Shown: positions 1 to 7,097 of the stretch, piece by piece
Layout: every line of letters starts with the position of its first letter
Position numbering within the stretch: position 1 is the stretch's first letter
Origin: a virus
Taxonomy: Duplodnaviria; Caudoviricetes
IMG/VR virus record: IMGVR_UViG_3300035703_002708
DNA: 64,000 nt
Direction: 5' to 3' (one strand)
Translations under genes and position numbers: made by a program
Notes under the pieces: model-generated
Seen by the model: the letters and a program-made list of their open reading frames with translations, nothing else
What the model was told of the DNA's origin: nothing
Database searches by the model: none

Positions 1-228
1 TTTAATGTTGGTGCTGTTCAAGCCGTGATGGAATTTGATAACGGACACTCTATCTCCGTTGTTGGTGGTGGTCAAGGTCTATACGGTAATGGAGTGTCAA
101 CATTTGAGGCTTGGGCTTCTTGGCAAGACGATGTTCAAGGATGGTTATCTAAAGATGAGGTAACTGAACTTATGTTAGAAACTCAATCAAAACCTAAACA
201 CGTTCCTGTTATTGGATTCAATGGTTAA
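1..228 (+). CDS. Hypothetical protein, probably 5'-truncated by the window edge
   Basis: The frame is open from base 1 (FNVGAVQAVMEF...) to TAA at 228; it overlaps the next gene region as in an operon. Confidence 0.6.
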   Translation, partial: FNVGAVQAVMEFDNGHSISVVGGGQGLYGNGVSTFEAWASWQDDVQGWLSKDEVTELMLETQSKPKHVPVIGFNG

Positions 229-232
229 TATT

Positions 233-595
233 ATGAAAGTAATTATAGCAGGAAGTAGAACATTTGATGATTACCATTATCTTAGTATAATGTGTGACCG
301 TATTTTTGGAATCAAAGATGATATTGAAATTGTAAGTGGTGGTGCAAAAGGTGCCGATAGTTTGGGAGAAAGGTATGCAAGAGAACGAAACCTACCACTT
401 ACAATTTTTCCCGCTGAGTGGGATAAATACGGTAAGTCAGCGGGTTATAAAAGAAACTCACAAATGGCTGATTACTCTCATATGTTAATTGCATTTTGGG
501 ATGGAAAAAGTAAAGGGACTCAACATATGATTAACCTTGCGGAAAAAAAAGGATTGATGGTTGAAGTTTATAACCCTTTTGAAATAGATTATTAG
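233..595 (+). CDS. SLOG/YspA-like (DUF2493-type) nucleotide-binding protein
   Basis: Motifs MKVIIAGSR, IVSGGAKGAD, AEWDKYGKSAGYKRN and AFWDGKSKGT are typical of the phage SLOG family. The start was moved to the ATG at 233. Confidence 0.8.
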   Translation: MKVIIAGSRTFDDYHYLSIMCDRIFGIKDDIEIVSGGAKGADSLGERYARERNLPLTIFPAEWDKYGKSAGYKRNSQMADYSHMLIAFWDGKSKGTQHMINLAEKKGLMVEVYNPFEIDY

Positions 596-616
596 TTTTT
601 TTTTGTAAAAATTTAC

Positions 617-624
617 TATATTTG
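617..624 (+). promoter_or_regulatory. Bacteroidota-type -7 promoter element (TATATTTG), 4 nt before ATG 629
   Basis: Matches TAnnTTTG; no clear -33 TTG at 19-20 nt. Confidence 0.55.
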
Positions 625-628
625 TAGA

Positions 629-1045
629 ATGAAAACTTACTTGTTTTTGGACGATTTCAGAAATCCTATGGACTGCATAAATTATATGCGTTTGAGGGTT
701 GATGATTCAGCTATGTATAGTCGTGAAAAGTGGATTGTAGTAAGAAACTATGATGAGTTTGTGAATTACATAACAAATAACGGATTACCATATTTAATTT
801 CTTTTGACCACGACTTGGCAGATGAACATTACGACCCATCTATGTATAGTGGGAATTATGATGATGTTGCTAAAAACTTTAAAGAAAAAACAGGTATGGA
901 TTGTGCTAAATGGTTAGTTGATTATTGTTTAGATAACGAAAAACAATTACCAAAATTTGTTGTTCATTCTATGAATCCTGCGGGAACTAAAAACATCTCC
1001 TCATTATTAAATGACTTTAAAAAGTTTCAAAATTTTGAGATTTAA
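629..1045 (+). CDS. Cyclic-phosphate-processing receiver-domain protein
   Basis: LFLDDFRNP...WIVVRNYDEF...ISFDHDL...TGMDCAKWL...VHSMNPAG pattern of stand-alone phage receiver-like domains linked to RNA repair. Confidence 0.75.
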   Translation: MKTYLFLDDFRNPMDCINYMRLRVDDSAMYSREKWIVVRNYDEFVNYITNNGLPYLISFDHDLADEHYDPSMYSGNYDDVAKNFKEKTGMDCAKWLVDYCLDNEKQLPKFVVHSMNPAGTKNISSLLNDFKKFQNFEI

Positions 1046-1100
1046 TTTGTCAGAATCAGAAATGTTTGTTAATTTTGTCCAACTCTTAAAAATAAACCCT

Positions 1101-1235
1101 ATGAAAACTTTCTTTTTTAAATCAAATCCGAATGAACTTTCAACTTTGGCAATACTTATCCAGATGGGAATATTTGCAACCGTTGGGCTAGGGTCCATAA
1201 TCGCAATATTTGAGTTTATCGCACATGTTAGATAA
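1101..1235 (+). CDS. Small membrane protein
   Basis: ATG at 1101 within the listed ORF, one hydrophobic segment, and an upstream TTG(1047-1049)-N20-TAATTTTG(1070-1077) promoter-like motif. Confidence 0.45.
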   Translation: MKTFFFKSNPNELSTLAILIQMGIFATVGLGSIIAIFEFIAHVR

Positions 1236-1509
1236 AATTTTCAAATACATCTTTTTGACGGGGATTATCTTCACGTTTTTTGTAACTGCACAAACCTGTT
1301 CAAGACCGATAACTCATAATAGAACTTTATATCAAACTGATGTCGTTGTAGTTCATTTTGACTTAACAAGAGATACGGTAAGAAGAGTTGTCTTTTTTGA
1401 TTACTTACAAATTGACCATATGGATAATCTCGTCAAAAAAGATGGATTTGTTGTTGCCACCAAAGTAAAAAAATACAAATATTTAAATTCAGTAAAAAAA
1501 TCTTTATGA
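1210..1509 (+). CDS. Hypothetical protein with N-terminal hydrophobic segment
   Basis: The ORF fills the gap in the operon and overlaps the next start by 4 nt; the true start may be ATG 1225. Confidence 0.55.
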   Translation: MSLSHMLDKIFKYIFLTGIIFTFFVTAQTCSRPITHNRTLYQTDVVVVHFDLTRDTVRRVVFFDYLQIDHMDNLVKKDGFVVATKVKKYKYLNSVKKSL

Positions 1510-2168
1510 GTGTTTTGAAGCTTGATAGTTCATCCAAGATTTGGATAACATCAGACACCCATTACGGACACAAAAACATTTGTCGTGGCGTCACAGATTG
1601 GCGTCTACCTGATGGTTCTATACCCGTAGACCAAACAAGAGATTTTTTGAGTGTGGAAAAAATGAACTCGGCAATTCTTAACAACATCAATGAGGTTGTT
1701 GGTCAGGATGATATTTTGATACATCTTGGTGATTGGTCCTTTGGTGGGTTTGAGAACATTCGTAAATTTTGGGACCAAATAGTATGTAAGAACATTCATC
1801 TTGTTTTGGGCAACCACGACCACCATATTGAACGAAACAGAGATGGTTCACAGGGGTTGTTTAAAAGTGTAAGTGACTATTTGGAACTTACTGTACCTGA
1901 TGTTGCAAAATTCGTATTGATGCACTATCCACTTTCTTCTTGGAATGGTTTGAACAAAGGAGTAATCCACCTTCACGGTCACGTTCACCTACCAAATGAT
2001 AAAAAATTTGGTAAAGGTAAAAAGATGGATGTTGGTATGGATGGTTCAGAAGAATTTCGTCCTTACAACTTAATTCGTGAGATTGTTCCAATTATGAGAA
2101 AGCGTGAAGTAATGTCTGATATGGAATTTGACCACCATACAGATGAAATCAAAGGAATAGTAGGATAA
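1506..2168 (+). CDS. Calcineurin-like metallophosphoesterase
   Basis: Motifs TSDTHYGH, HLGD, LGNHD, HYP and HLHGHVH. Confidence 0.9.
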   Translation: MSVLKLDSSSKIWITSDTHYGHKNICRGVTDWRLPDGSIPVDQTRDFLSVEKMNSAILNNINEVVGQDDILIHLGDWSFGGFENIRKFWDQIVCKNIHLVLGNHDHHIERNRDGSQGLFKSVSDYLELTVPDVAKFVLMHYPLSSWNGLNKGVIHLHGHVHLPNDKKFGKGKKMDVGMDGSEEFRPYNLIREIVPIMRKREVMSDMEFDHHTDEIKGIVG

Positions 2169-2173
2169 TAATT

Positions 2174-2296
2174 ATGGGTAAAACTTATCGTAATACAAAA
2201 AACGATTCGCCAAAACAAAAAAACAAAGGGAATCAAAGTAAAAACAAATCTTCCAATAAAAAAAATAACAAAAATAAGGGATTTGATGATGAATAA
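2174..2296 (+). CDS. 40-aa Lys/Asn-rich small protein (MGKTYRNTKNDSPKQKNKGNQSKNKSSNKKNNKNKGFDDE), not in the ORF track
   Basis: Translated by hand; it exactly fills the gap between the phosphoesterase and methyltransferase genes. Confidence 0.5.
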   Translation: MGKTYRNTKNDSPKQKNKGNQSKNKSSNKKNNKNKGFDDE

Positions 2297-2309
2297 TAAA
2301 ATACAAAAA

Positions 2310-2909
2310 ATGGACAATACTTTTTTTTTAAATCAGAGTATGGTCTTCACGGAGCGCAGTCTATATTTCATTCATAATAATGAGGATAGTGTAGTAATGG
2401 ATATTTGTGAAGATTCTTTGATGAAAAGAACCGCCGAACTTTTAATAATGGAGGGTGACGATGTCTTAGAAATAGGTTTCGGTATGGGAATATTTTCTGA
2501 TTATGTACAAAGTAAAAACATCAAAACTCACGTAATTGTGGAAAGTCATCCAGAAGTTTTCGAGAAATTGGTGTCATGGTCTGAAAATAAAACAAATGTC
2601 AATCCAATTTTTGGGGATTGGATAGATGTTTTACCTGAAATATTATCTCGTCAATATGATAGTGTTTATTTTGACACACATTATGATTTCAATACAATGT
2701 TTTTTTTAAAAAAAATACAAAATAATATTAAAAAAAATGGAAGATACTCAAGGTACACTTTAGACTCAAATGACACTTCCGCATTTAGTCAAGAAACACA
2801 CGGAACAGGGTTTAAGGTTCTGTATCAAGAAGAACACCAGATAGAAGTTAACAAATGTAAAAACGATACTTCTCCATTTTCCATTCCAATATGTATACTT
2901 TCCAAGTAA
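2310..2909 (+). CDS. Class I SAM-dependent methyltransferase, GAMT/Rmt2-like
   Basis: VLEIGFGMGI motif I, HVIVESHPEV, and YDSVYFDT; likely start at ATG 2310. Confidence 0.7.
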   Translation: MDNTFFLNQSMVFTERSLYFIHNNEDSVVMDICEDSLMKRTAELLIMEGDDVLEIGFGMGIFSDYVQSKNIKTHVIVESHPEVFEKLVSWSENKTNVNPIFGDWIDVLPEILSRQYDSVYFDTHYDFNTMFFLKKIQNNIKKNGRYSRYTLDSNDTSAFSQETHGTGFKVLYQEEHQIEVNKCKNDTSPFSIPICILSK

Positions 2910-2975
2910 AATACTAATTTTTTAAAAATATTTAAATTTAATCGGTATTTCAGATAATTTTTGTATATTTGTCAA

Positions 2976-4037
2976 ATGTTAGAAACCTTAGAGAAATATC
3001 ATAATGAGGGGTTACTTTATAAACAAGTACACCCCTCTTTACCTCTAACCATATGGAACTACACTGAAAAGGTTCAATATGAAGGGTTATGGGATGATAT
3101 TACTCTAATGTCAAGAGGATTAGTGACCGACGATAAAGGAAATGTAGTTGCGAGACCATTTAAAAAATTCTTCAATTTAGAGGAATCAAAACATACTCCG
3201 ACTGAAAAGTTTGATGTATATGAAAAGATGGATGGGTCTTTGGGAATATTCTTTTATTATAATGGTGGTTGGGTAATGGCGACTAGGGGTTCATTTACTT
3301 CTGACCAAGCGGTGAAGGGTTATGAAATGATGTTTAAATATGATTTTGCATCACTACATAAGGACTACACTTATCTATTTGAAATCATATACAAAACAAA
3401 CCGAATAGTGGTTGACTATGATTTTGAAGATGTGGTTTTGTTAGGTATGATAAATACCAAGTCAGGTTATGAGGTTGATTTATATAGTGGGTCCGTGGAT
3501 GTTAGATTAAAAAATCTGATAAACAATTTAGGTTTCAAAGTCGTAAAAAAATATGATGGAATAAACGATTATAATACCTTAAAATCTATGGTGAGAGATA
3601 ACGAAGAGGGTTTTGTTGTTCGTTTTTCCAACGGAGATAAAATGAAAATCAAAGGTGAGGAATATTTGAGATTACATAAAATAATGACTCAAGTATCTAC
3701 CACTTCTATATGGGAAGTATTAAGTAACGGTGATGATATAGATGTATTGTTAAAAGATGTTCCTGATGAGTTTTATAACAAGGTAAAAACTTATGTTGGT
3801 AAATTAAAATATGCACATTATCAAATATCTGAATACTGTGGTAAGTATCACGATAGTTATAGATATGGGAAATATAATGATAAAGAGGTGGAACCAACCA
3901 AAAAGGAGTTTGCTGAGTTTGTTCAGAAAAATTTTGATAAAAAAGAACTCCACGCCGTTATGTTCGCCATGTGGGATAAAAAAGATTATTCTTCCATAAT
4001 ATGGAAATTAATAAAACCAAAATATGAAAAACTTTAG
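2976..4037 (+). CDS. T4 Rnl1-like RNA ligase
   Basis: Motif I YEKMDGSLG, RGLV...ARPFKKFFN, LFEII and EGFVVRF; ATG 2976 follows TATATTTG (2964-2971) by 4 nt. Confidence 0.85.
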   Translation: MLETLEKYHNEGLLYKQVHPSLPLTIWNYTEKVQYEGLWDDITLMSRGLVTDDKGNVVARPFKKFFNLEESKHTPTEKFDVYEKMDGSLGIFFYYNGGWVMATRGSFTSDQAVKGYEMMFKYDFASLHKDYTYLFEIIYKTNRIVVDYDFEDVVLLGMINTKSGYEVDLYSGSVDVRLKNLINNLGFKVVKKYDGINDYNTLKSMVRDNEEGFVVRFSNGDKMKIKGEEYLRLHKIMTQVSTTSIWEVLSNGDDIDVLLKDVPDEFYNKVKTYVGKLKYAHYQISEYCGKYHDSYRYGKYNDKEVEPTKKEFAEFVQKNFDKKELHAVMFAMWDKKDYSSIIWKLIKPKYEKL

Positions 4038-4350
4038 AATTTTAATTTTGGGTTTGGTTGTAAGTTTGGGTCTTTGTGTAAAAACAAAGGCTCAAACTTT
4101 TCGCTATTCAAACAAACCTAAAAACGGACCTATAATGTTGGTGGGGGGTATTACTTTAATTACCGCCTCGGTATTGGAAAATAATGCTCAAGGGGATTGG
4201 GTATATAGTTATTCACCGAAAACAAACTCATTCACTAAAGAATATGTAAGACCAAACATTTTCAAAAATACACCTGTCAATATAATTTTTGGAGTTGGTG
4301 TTACTTTAACCGCGACAGGATTAATTTCTTCGTTGATGTCAATCAAGTAA
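4024..4350 (+). CDS. Membrane/secreted hypothetical protein
   Basis: Signal-peptide-like N-terminus ending KAQ (Gln after the predicted cleavage site) and two further hydrophobic segments. Confidence 0.6.
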   Translation: MKNFRILILGLVVSLGLCVKTKAQTFRYSNKPKNGPIMLVGGITLITASVLENNAQGDWVYSYSPKTNSFTKEYVRPNIFKNTPVNIIFGVGVTLTATGLISSLMSIK

Positions 4351-5178
4351 TTTTTCGTTGATGTCGTAAAACCTACCTGTCTCAACCCACCTCAAAACTT
4401 GATAATTTGTTCCGGTCGCACTAAACCTACTCGGTTCAAAATCCTCAACTTTATTTATAAAACATTTATCCCAATTTTGTTTAGGAATTGAACTGGTTGC
4501 AATATCTTCAGAACTATATTTTCTTTCCATCGCAAATAACACAGGAAATTCCGATGTAAATTTTATGTCATCAACCTCATTCATCTGTGATAAGAATCCT
4601 TCAATAACAGATTCCAAATTTAAGTCATAAGCAATATAAGTGGTAACGAGTATTTCAGGAACCTCTTGAATATCCTCAACCTCACCATCTCCATCACATC
4701 TATGACAATTGTATTCTCCATCACCACCACAATTATCACATCCTAAATATCCCTCACCATCACAATACTCGCATTCTTCTTGTTCGGTATTTCCCTCATC
4801 ATCTTCTACATCAACTTTTCCATCACCACCACATTCATTACAACTTTCACTACCACTACCTCCACAGTAATCACAACTTTCGGTACCACCACCACCGCAA
4901 TAACCACACTCTACCATACCAGGTTCTTTACCGAAACAAATCATATCAAATGTGTAAAGGTTATTATTAATTGACCAATCAACTGTTTTTTTCTCAACAT
5001 TTCTTAACACCGCATCCAAATAAAAAGTTAATTTTATTGTTACTTCCAAAGGAAAATTTTGTGTAAATTGTTGGAAGGTTTTATTTGTTTTAATATAAAT
5101 GAAAAGTTGATTTAAATTCGTATAAGAACCCTCAGGTATCAATCTTGATAATCTTTTGGCGATGTTGTATAAATCCAT
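4339..5178 (-). CDS. Protein with DnaJ-type CxxCxGxG zinc-finger repeats and no J-domain
   Basis: Six repeats: CGYCGGGG, CDYCGGSG, CNECGGDG, CEYCDGEG, CDNCGGDG and CHRCDGDG; no HPD motif. Confidence 0.8.
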   Translation of the reverse strand: MDLYNIAKRLSRLIPEGSYTNLNQLFIYIKTNKTFQQFTQNFPLEVTIKLTFYLDAVLRNVEKKTVDWSINNNLYTFDMICFGKEPGMVECGYCGGGGTESCDYCGGSGSESCNECGGDGKVDVEDDEGNTEQEECEYCDGEGYLGCDNCGGDGEYNCHRCDGDGEVEDIQEVPEILVTTYIAYDLNLESVIEGFLSQMNEVDDIKFTSEFPVLFAMERKYSSEDIATSSIPKQNWDKCFINKVEDFEPSRFSATGTNYQVLRWVETGRFYDINEKLLD

Positions 5179-5200
5179 ATAATTTTTTCTTACATATAAG

Positions 5201-5214
5201 TATTTATATAAATA
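5201..5214. promoter_or_regulatory. Overlapping, bidirectional TATTTAT late-promoter-like motifs
   Basis: TATTTATA at 5201-5208 (+) and ATAAATA at 5208-5214 (TATTTAT on -), between the divergent starts at 5178 and 5223. Confidence 0.55.
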
Positions 5215-5222
5215 AAAAAGTT

Positions 5223-5831
5223 ATGAGCACATTTCAAAAACCATCGACAGGGAGTATTACAAAAAAAGACAACAATGTATTAGAATTTTCTAGTTTCAAG
5301 TTGGATAATATCAATTCTCCATTTGCTGGTGTTGTGACGGATGTATCACAAACAGATTGTGGAGGTAAAGTAAAGTTGAAGCATGTTTTCAATGGTAATA
5401 CTTTATATTCTAAATTCTGTAACGTCTCAACAATTTTGGTATCTAGGGGTGAAAATGTCAACGGTGGTGAAAAAATTGGAAAGTTCGGGGACAAACCTGT
5501 TGAGTATGTTTTGAGTGATGGAGGTAAAAACCTAAATCCTAAAGATTTTTTTGGTGAAGTTGAATCAAAAAAAACCGAGACTAACAAAGAAAGAACTTCT
5601 AAAAGTAGTGATTATAGAACAGAAAAGAAAAGAGGTTTGACCGTACCGCAAGAAATCGCAATAGATGCTATTAGTTTACCTTTGAAGATGGGTAAGGATT
5701 TCGCCAAGGGGTTAATCAGTAAACCGTGGCAAATGTTAAAAGATTTACCATCTAACATTTTACCAAAAAAAGAGGGGTTTGAAAGAGACCTCAACGAGGA
5801 AATAGAAAGAATAAAATCTTTATTAAAATAA
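5223..5831 (+). CDS. M23-peptidase-like protein, apparently catalytically degenerate
   Basis: SPFAGVV...GGKVKLKH...YSKFCNV...VSRGENVNGGEKIG matches the M23 fold, but the HxxxD and HxH zinc ligands are not seen; likely start at ATG 5223. Confidence 0.6.
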   Translation: MSTFQKPSTGSITKKDNNVLEFSSFKLDNINSPFAGVVTDVSQTDCGGKVKLKHVFNGNTLYSKFCNVSTILVSRGENVNGGEKIGKFGDKPVEYVLSDGGKNLNPKDFFGEVESKKTETNKERTSKSSDYRTEKKRGLTVPQEIAIDAISLPLKMGKDFAKGLISKPWQMLKDLPSNILPKKEGFERDLNEEIERIKSLLK

Positions 5832-5858
5832 AAAACCCCACCATTAAGGTAGGGTTTA
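5831..5858. terminator. Intrinsic terminator between convergent genes
   Basis: AAAAACCC-ACCATTAAGGT-AGGGTTT hairpin flanked by A/T runs. Confidence 0.5.
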
Positions 5859-5881
5859 TTAAGTAATTAATCTTCGGTAGA

Positions 5882-6052
5882 TTACTTACCCATTTTTTTA
5901 CACGAATCAACTTTACAAGAATCAACACGACAAGAATCAACTTGAGTTGAGTCAACAGCCGTAGAATCAGTTGATGGTGAAGTGGAATCAGAACCACCTG
6001 TGCAAGATGCGAGTCCAAGGACTACTACCAAAGAATAAAATAGATTTTTCAT
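5882..6052 (-). CDS. 56-aa lipoprotein (MKNLFYSLVVVLGLAS|CTGGSDSTSPSTDSTAVDSTQVDSCRVDSCKVDSCKKMGK), not in the ORF track
   Basis: Hand translation gives a lipobox LASC; it has its own TTTG-N20-TATATTTG promoter (-7 element at 6084-6091 on the minus strand). Confidence 0.75.
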   Translation of the reverse strand: MKNLFYSLVVVLGLASCTGGSDSTSPSTDSTAVDSTQVDSCRVDSCKVDSCKKMGK

Positions 6053-6190
6053 AGTTTTAATTAATTTATTAAGTTTACGATTTCAAATATAATTAACATT
6101 TTTTAAGAAGTCAAATATTATTTTTCAATTATTGATTTGGACTAAAGAAAAGTTTATAATACATTTGTAGTATACATAAAACAATAAACC

Positions 6191-6373
6191 ATGAAAAATC
6201 TAATTTTGAAGTCCGTATCAACAATTTTGTACTCGTTCTCGATTGCTCTTACTTTATTTTGTGTTTCAGGAGCAATCTGTTTCCCATCCCAACTTAATAT
6301 TACAATCGGTCTTGTTTCAATACTCACCTTTGGTTATTTTTCTTACCAATACTTTGACATACTAAAATCTTAA
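6191..6373 (+). CDS. Small two-TM membrane protein
   Basis: Two hydrophobic stretches; upstream TTTG(6136-6139)-N20-TACATTTG(6160-6167). Confidence 0.6.
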   Translation: MKNLILKSVSTILYSFSIALTLFCVSGAICFPSQLNITIGLVSILTFGYFSYQYFDILKS

Positions 6374-6392
6374 TTTTTTTTATGTTTGGGTA

Positions 6393-6422
6393 TTGACAAC
6401 TGAAAAAAAATACTTAACTTTG
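6393..6422 (+). promoter_or_regulatory. Bacteroidota sigma70-type promoter for the ncRNA/tRNA transcript
   Basis: TTG(6393-6395)-N19-TAACTTTG(6415-6422), followed by boxA-like GTTCTTTAA at 6442-6450. Confidence 0.7.
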
Positions 6423-6457
6423 TCAAACAATAATTCAGAAAGTTCTTTAAAGTATAA

Positions 6458-6572
6458 GTTACTGAAACAGTCTAGGTCCGTAGGGCTACTGTTGTATGTG
6501 AGGAAAGTGACTACGGGACTCCTTCGCATTTAAAGTGTAAGTGAAACATATTACCGCAGCGGTTATAGTAAC
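6458..6572 (+). ncRNA. Unassigned structured RNA A (multi-stem, loop-loop pseudoknot)
   Basis: Hand-paired helices 6458-63/6567-72, 6466-71/6488-93, 6494-99/6546-51, 6501-08/6518-23 and 6553-56/6560-63; loop-loop pairing TCCGTAG(6477-83)/CTACGGG(6511-17). Confidence 0.55.
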
Positions 6573-6578
6573 AAAAGT

Positions 6579-6664
6579 AATTCAGAAAAGAGGTCTAGTG
6601 TGAACCTGACTAAATAGTATGACTTCGGTCATCGTTTTTGCGAGTCTGTAGCACGTTCTGAATT
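6579..6664 (+). ncRNA. Unassigned structured RNA B / tRNA leader
   Basis: 9-bp closing stem AATTCAGAA/TTCTGAATT, inner AGGT/ACCT and GACT/AGTC stems, and an ATGAC-TTCG-GTCAT hairpin. Confidence 0.45.
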
Positions 6665-6675
6665 TTTTACGGTAT

Positions 6676-6750
6676 GGCGGGGTAGACTGGAGAAGGCACC
6701 AGCTGAGTCTCATAAGCTCAACCACGCAGGTTCGATTCCTGCTCCCGCAA
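6676..6750 (+). tRNA. tRNA with CAT anticodon (Met; initiator versus elongator/Ile2 identity unresolved), CCA not encoded
   Basis: Acceptor GGCGGGG/TCCCGCA, D-arm CTGG/CCAG, anticodon arm TGAGT-CTCATAA-GCTCA, T-arm GCAGG-TTCGATT-CCTGC; followed by CTA rather than CCA. Confidence 0.9.
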
Positions 6751-7097
6751 CTAGTGACCCGTTTACGGTGGAATCGGATGAAGCCACCTAATTTTTCGGG
6801 ATGACGAAAAAAAACAAAAAAAAGAATGTGTCCGGGGGAGTTTTGTTTAATATTTAGGCTCTTGTTATGTGTTTCACACCCCTCACCCGTGAAATCAGAA
6901 AAAAAAGACCACCTTTTATAGTGTGTGCGTAGATGTGATAACCACACCTTTCGTTTGAGGTTCATCAAAACGAATAAAAAATGGGCTTAGTCACCCATTT
7001 AACACATCCGTCGAGTGGTCGAACGATTCGAGTTAATTGCTCACTACAATTAAACTTGGGTTTATTGGAAACCTAACCACAAAACCAATAGCCAAAT

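Noticed and set aside
6498-6572. RNase P RNA, because of GAGGAAAGT...CGGGACTCC
   Set aside because: The element is only about 115 nt and I find no 3' CR-V segment able to form P4; the match is limited to a short 5' motif.
6553-6572. FMN riboswitch, because of CGGTTATAGT
   Set aside because: The other conserved FMN segments (AGGGCGGGGTGAAATTCCC, AGTCCGGATG) are missing and no flavin gene follows.
6751-6815. Theta (HDV-like) ribozyme at the tRNA 3' end
   Set aside because: No partner strand for a P1 starting right after the tRNA and no nested double-pseudoknot could be built by hand.
6582-6968. 128-aa minus-strand ORF
   Set aside because: It is antisense to the tRNA and structured RNAs, has no homology cues, and is a shadow ORF.
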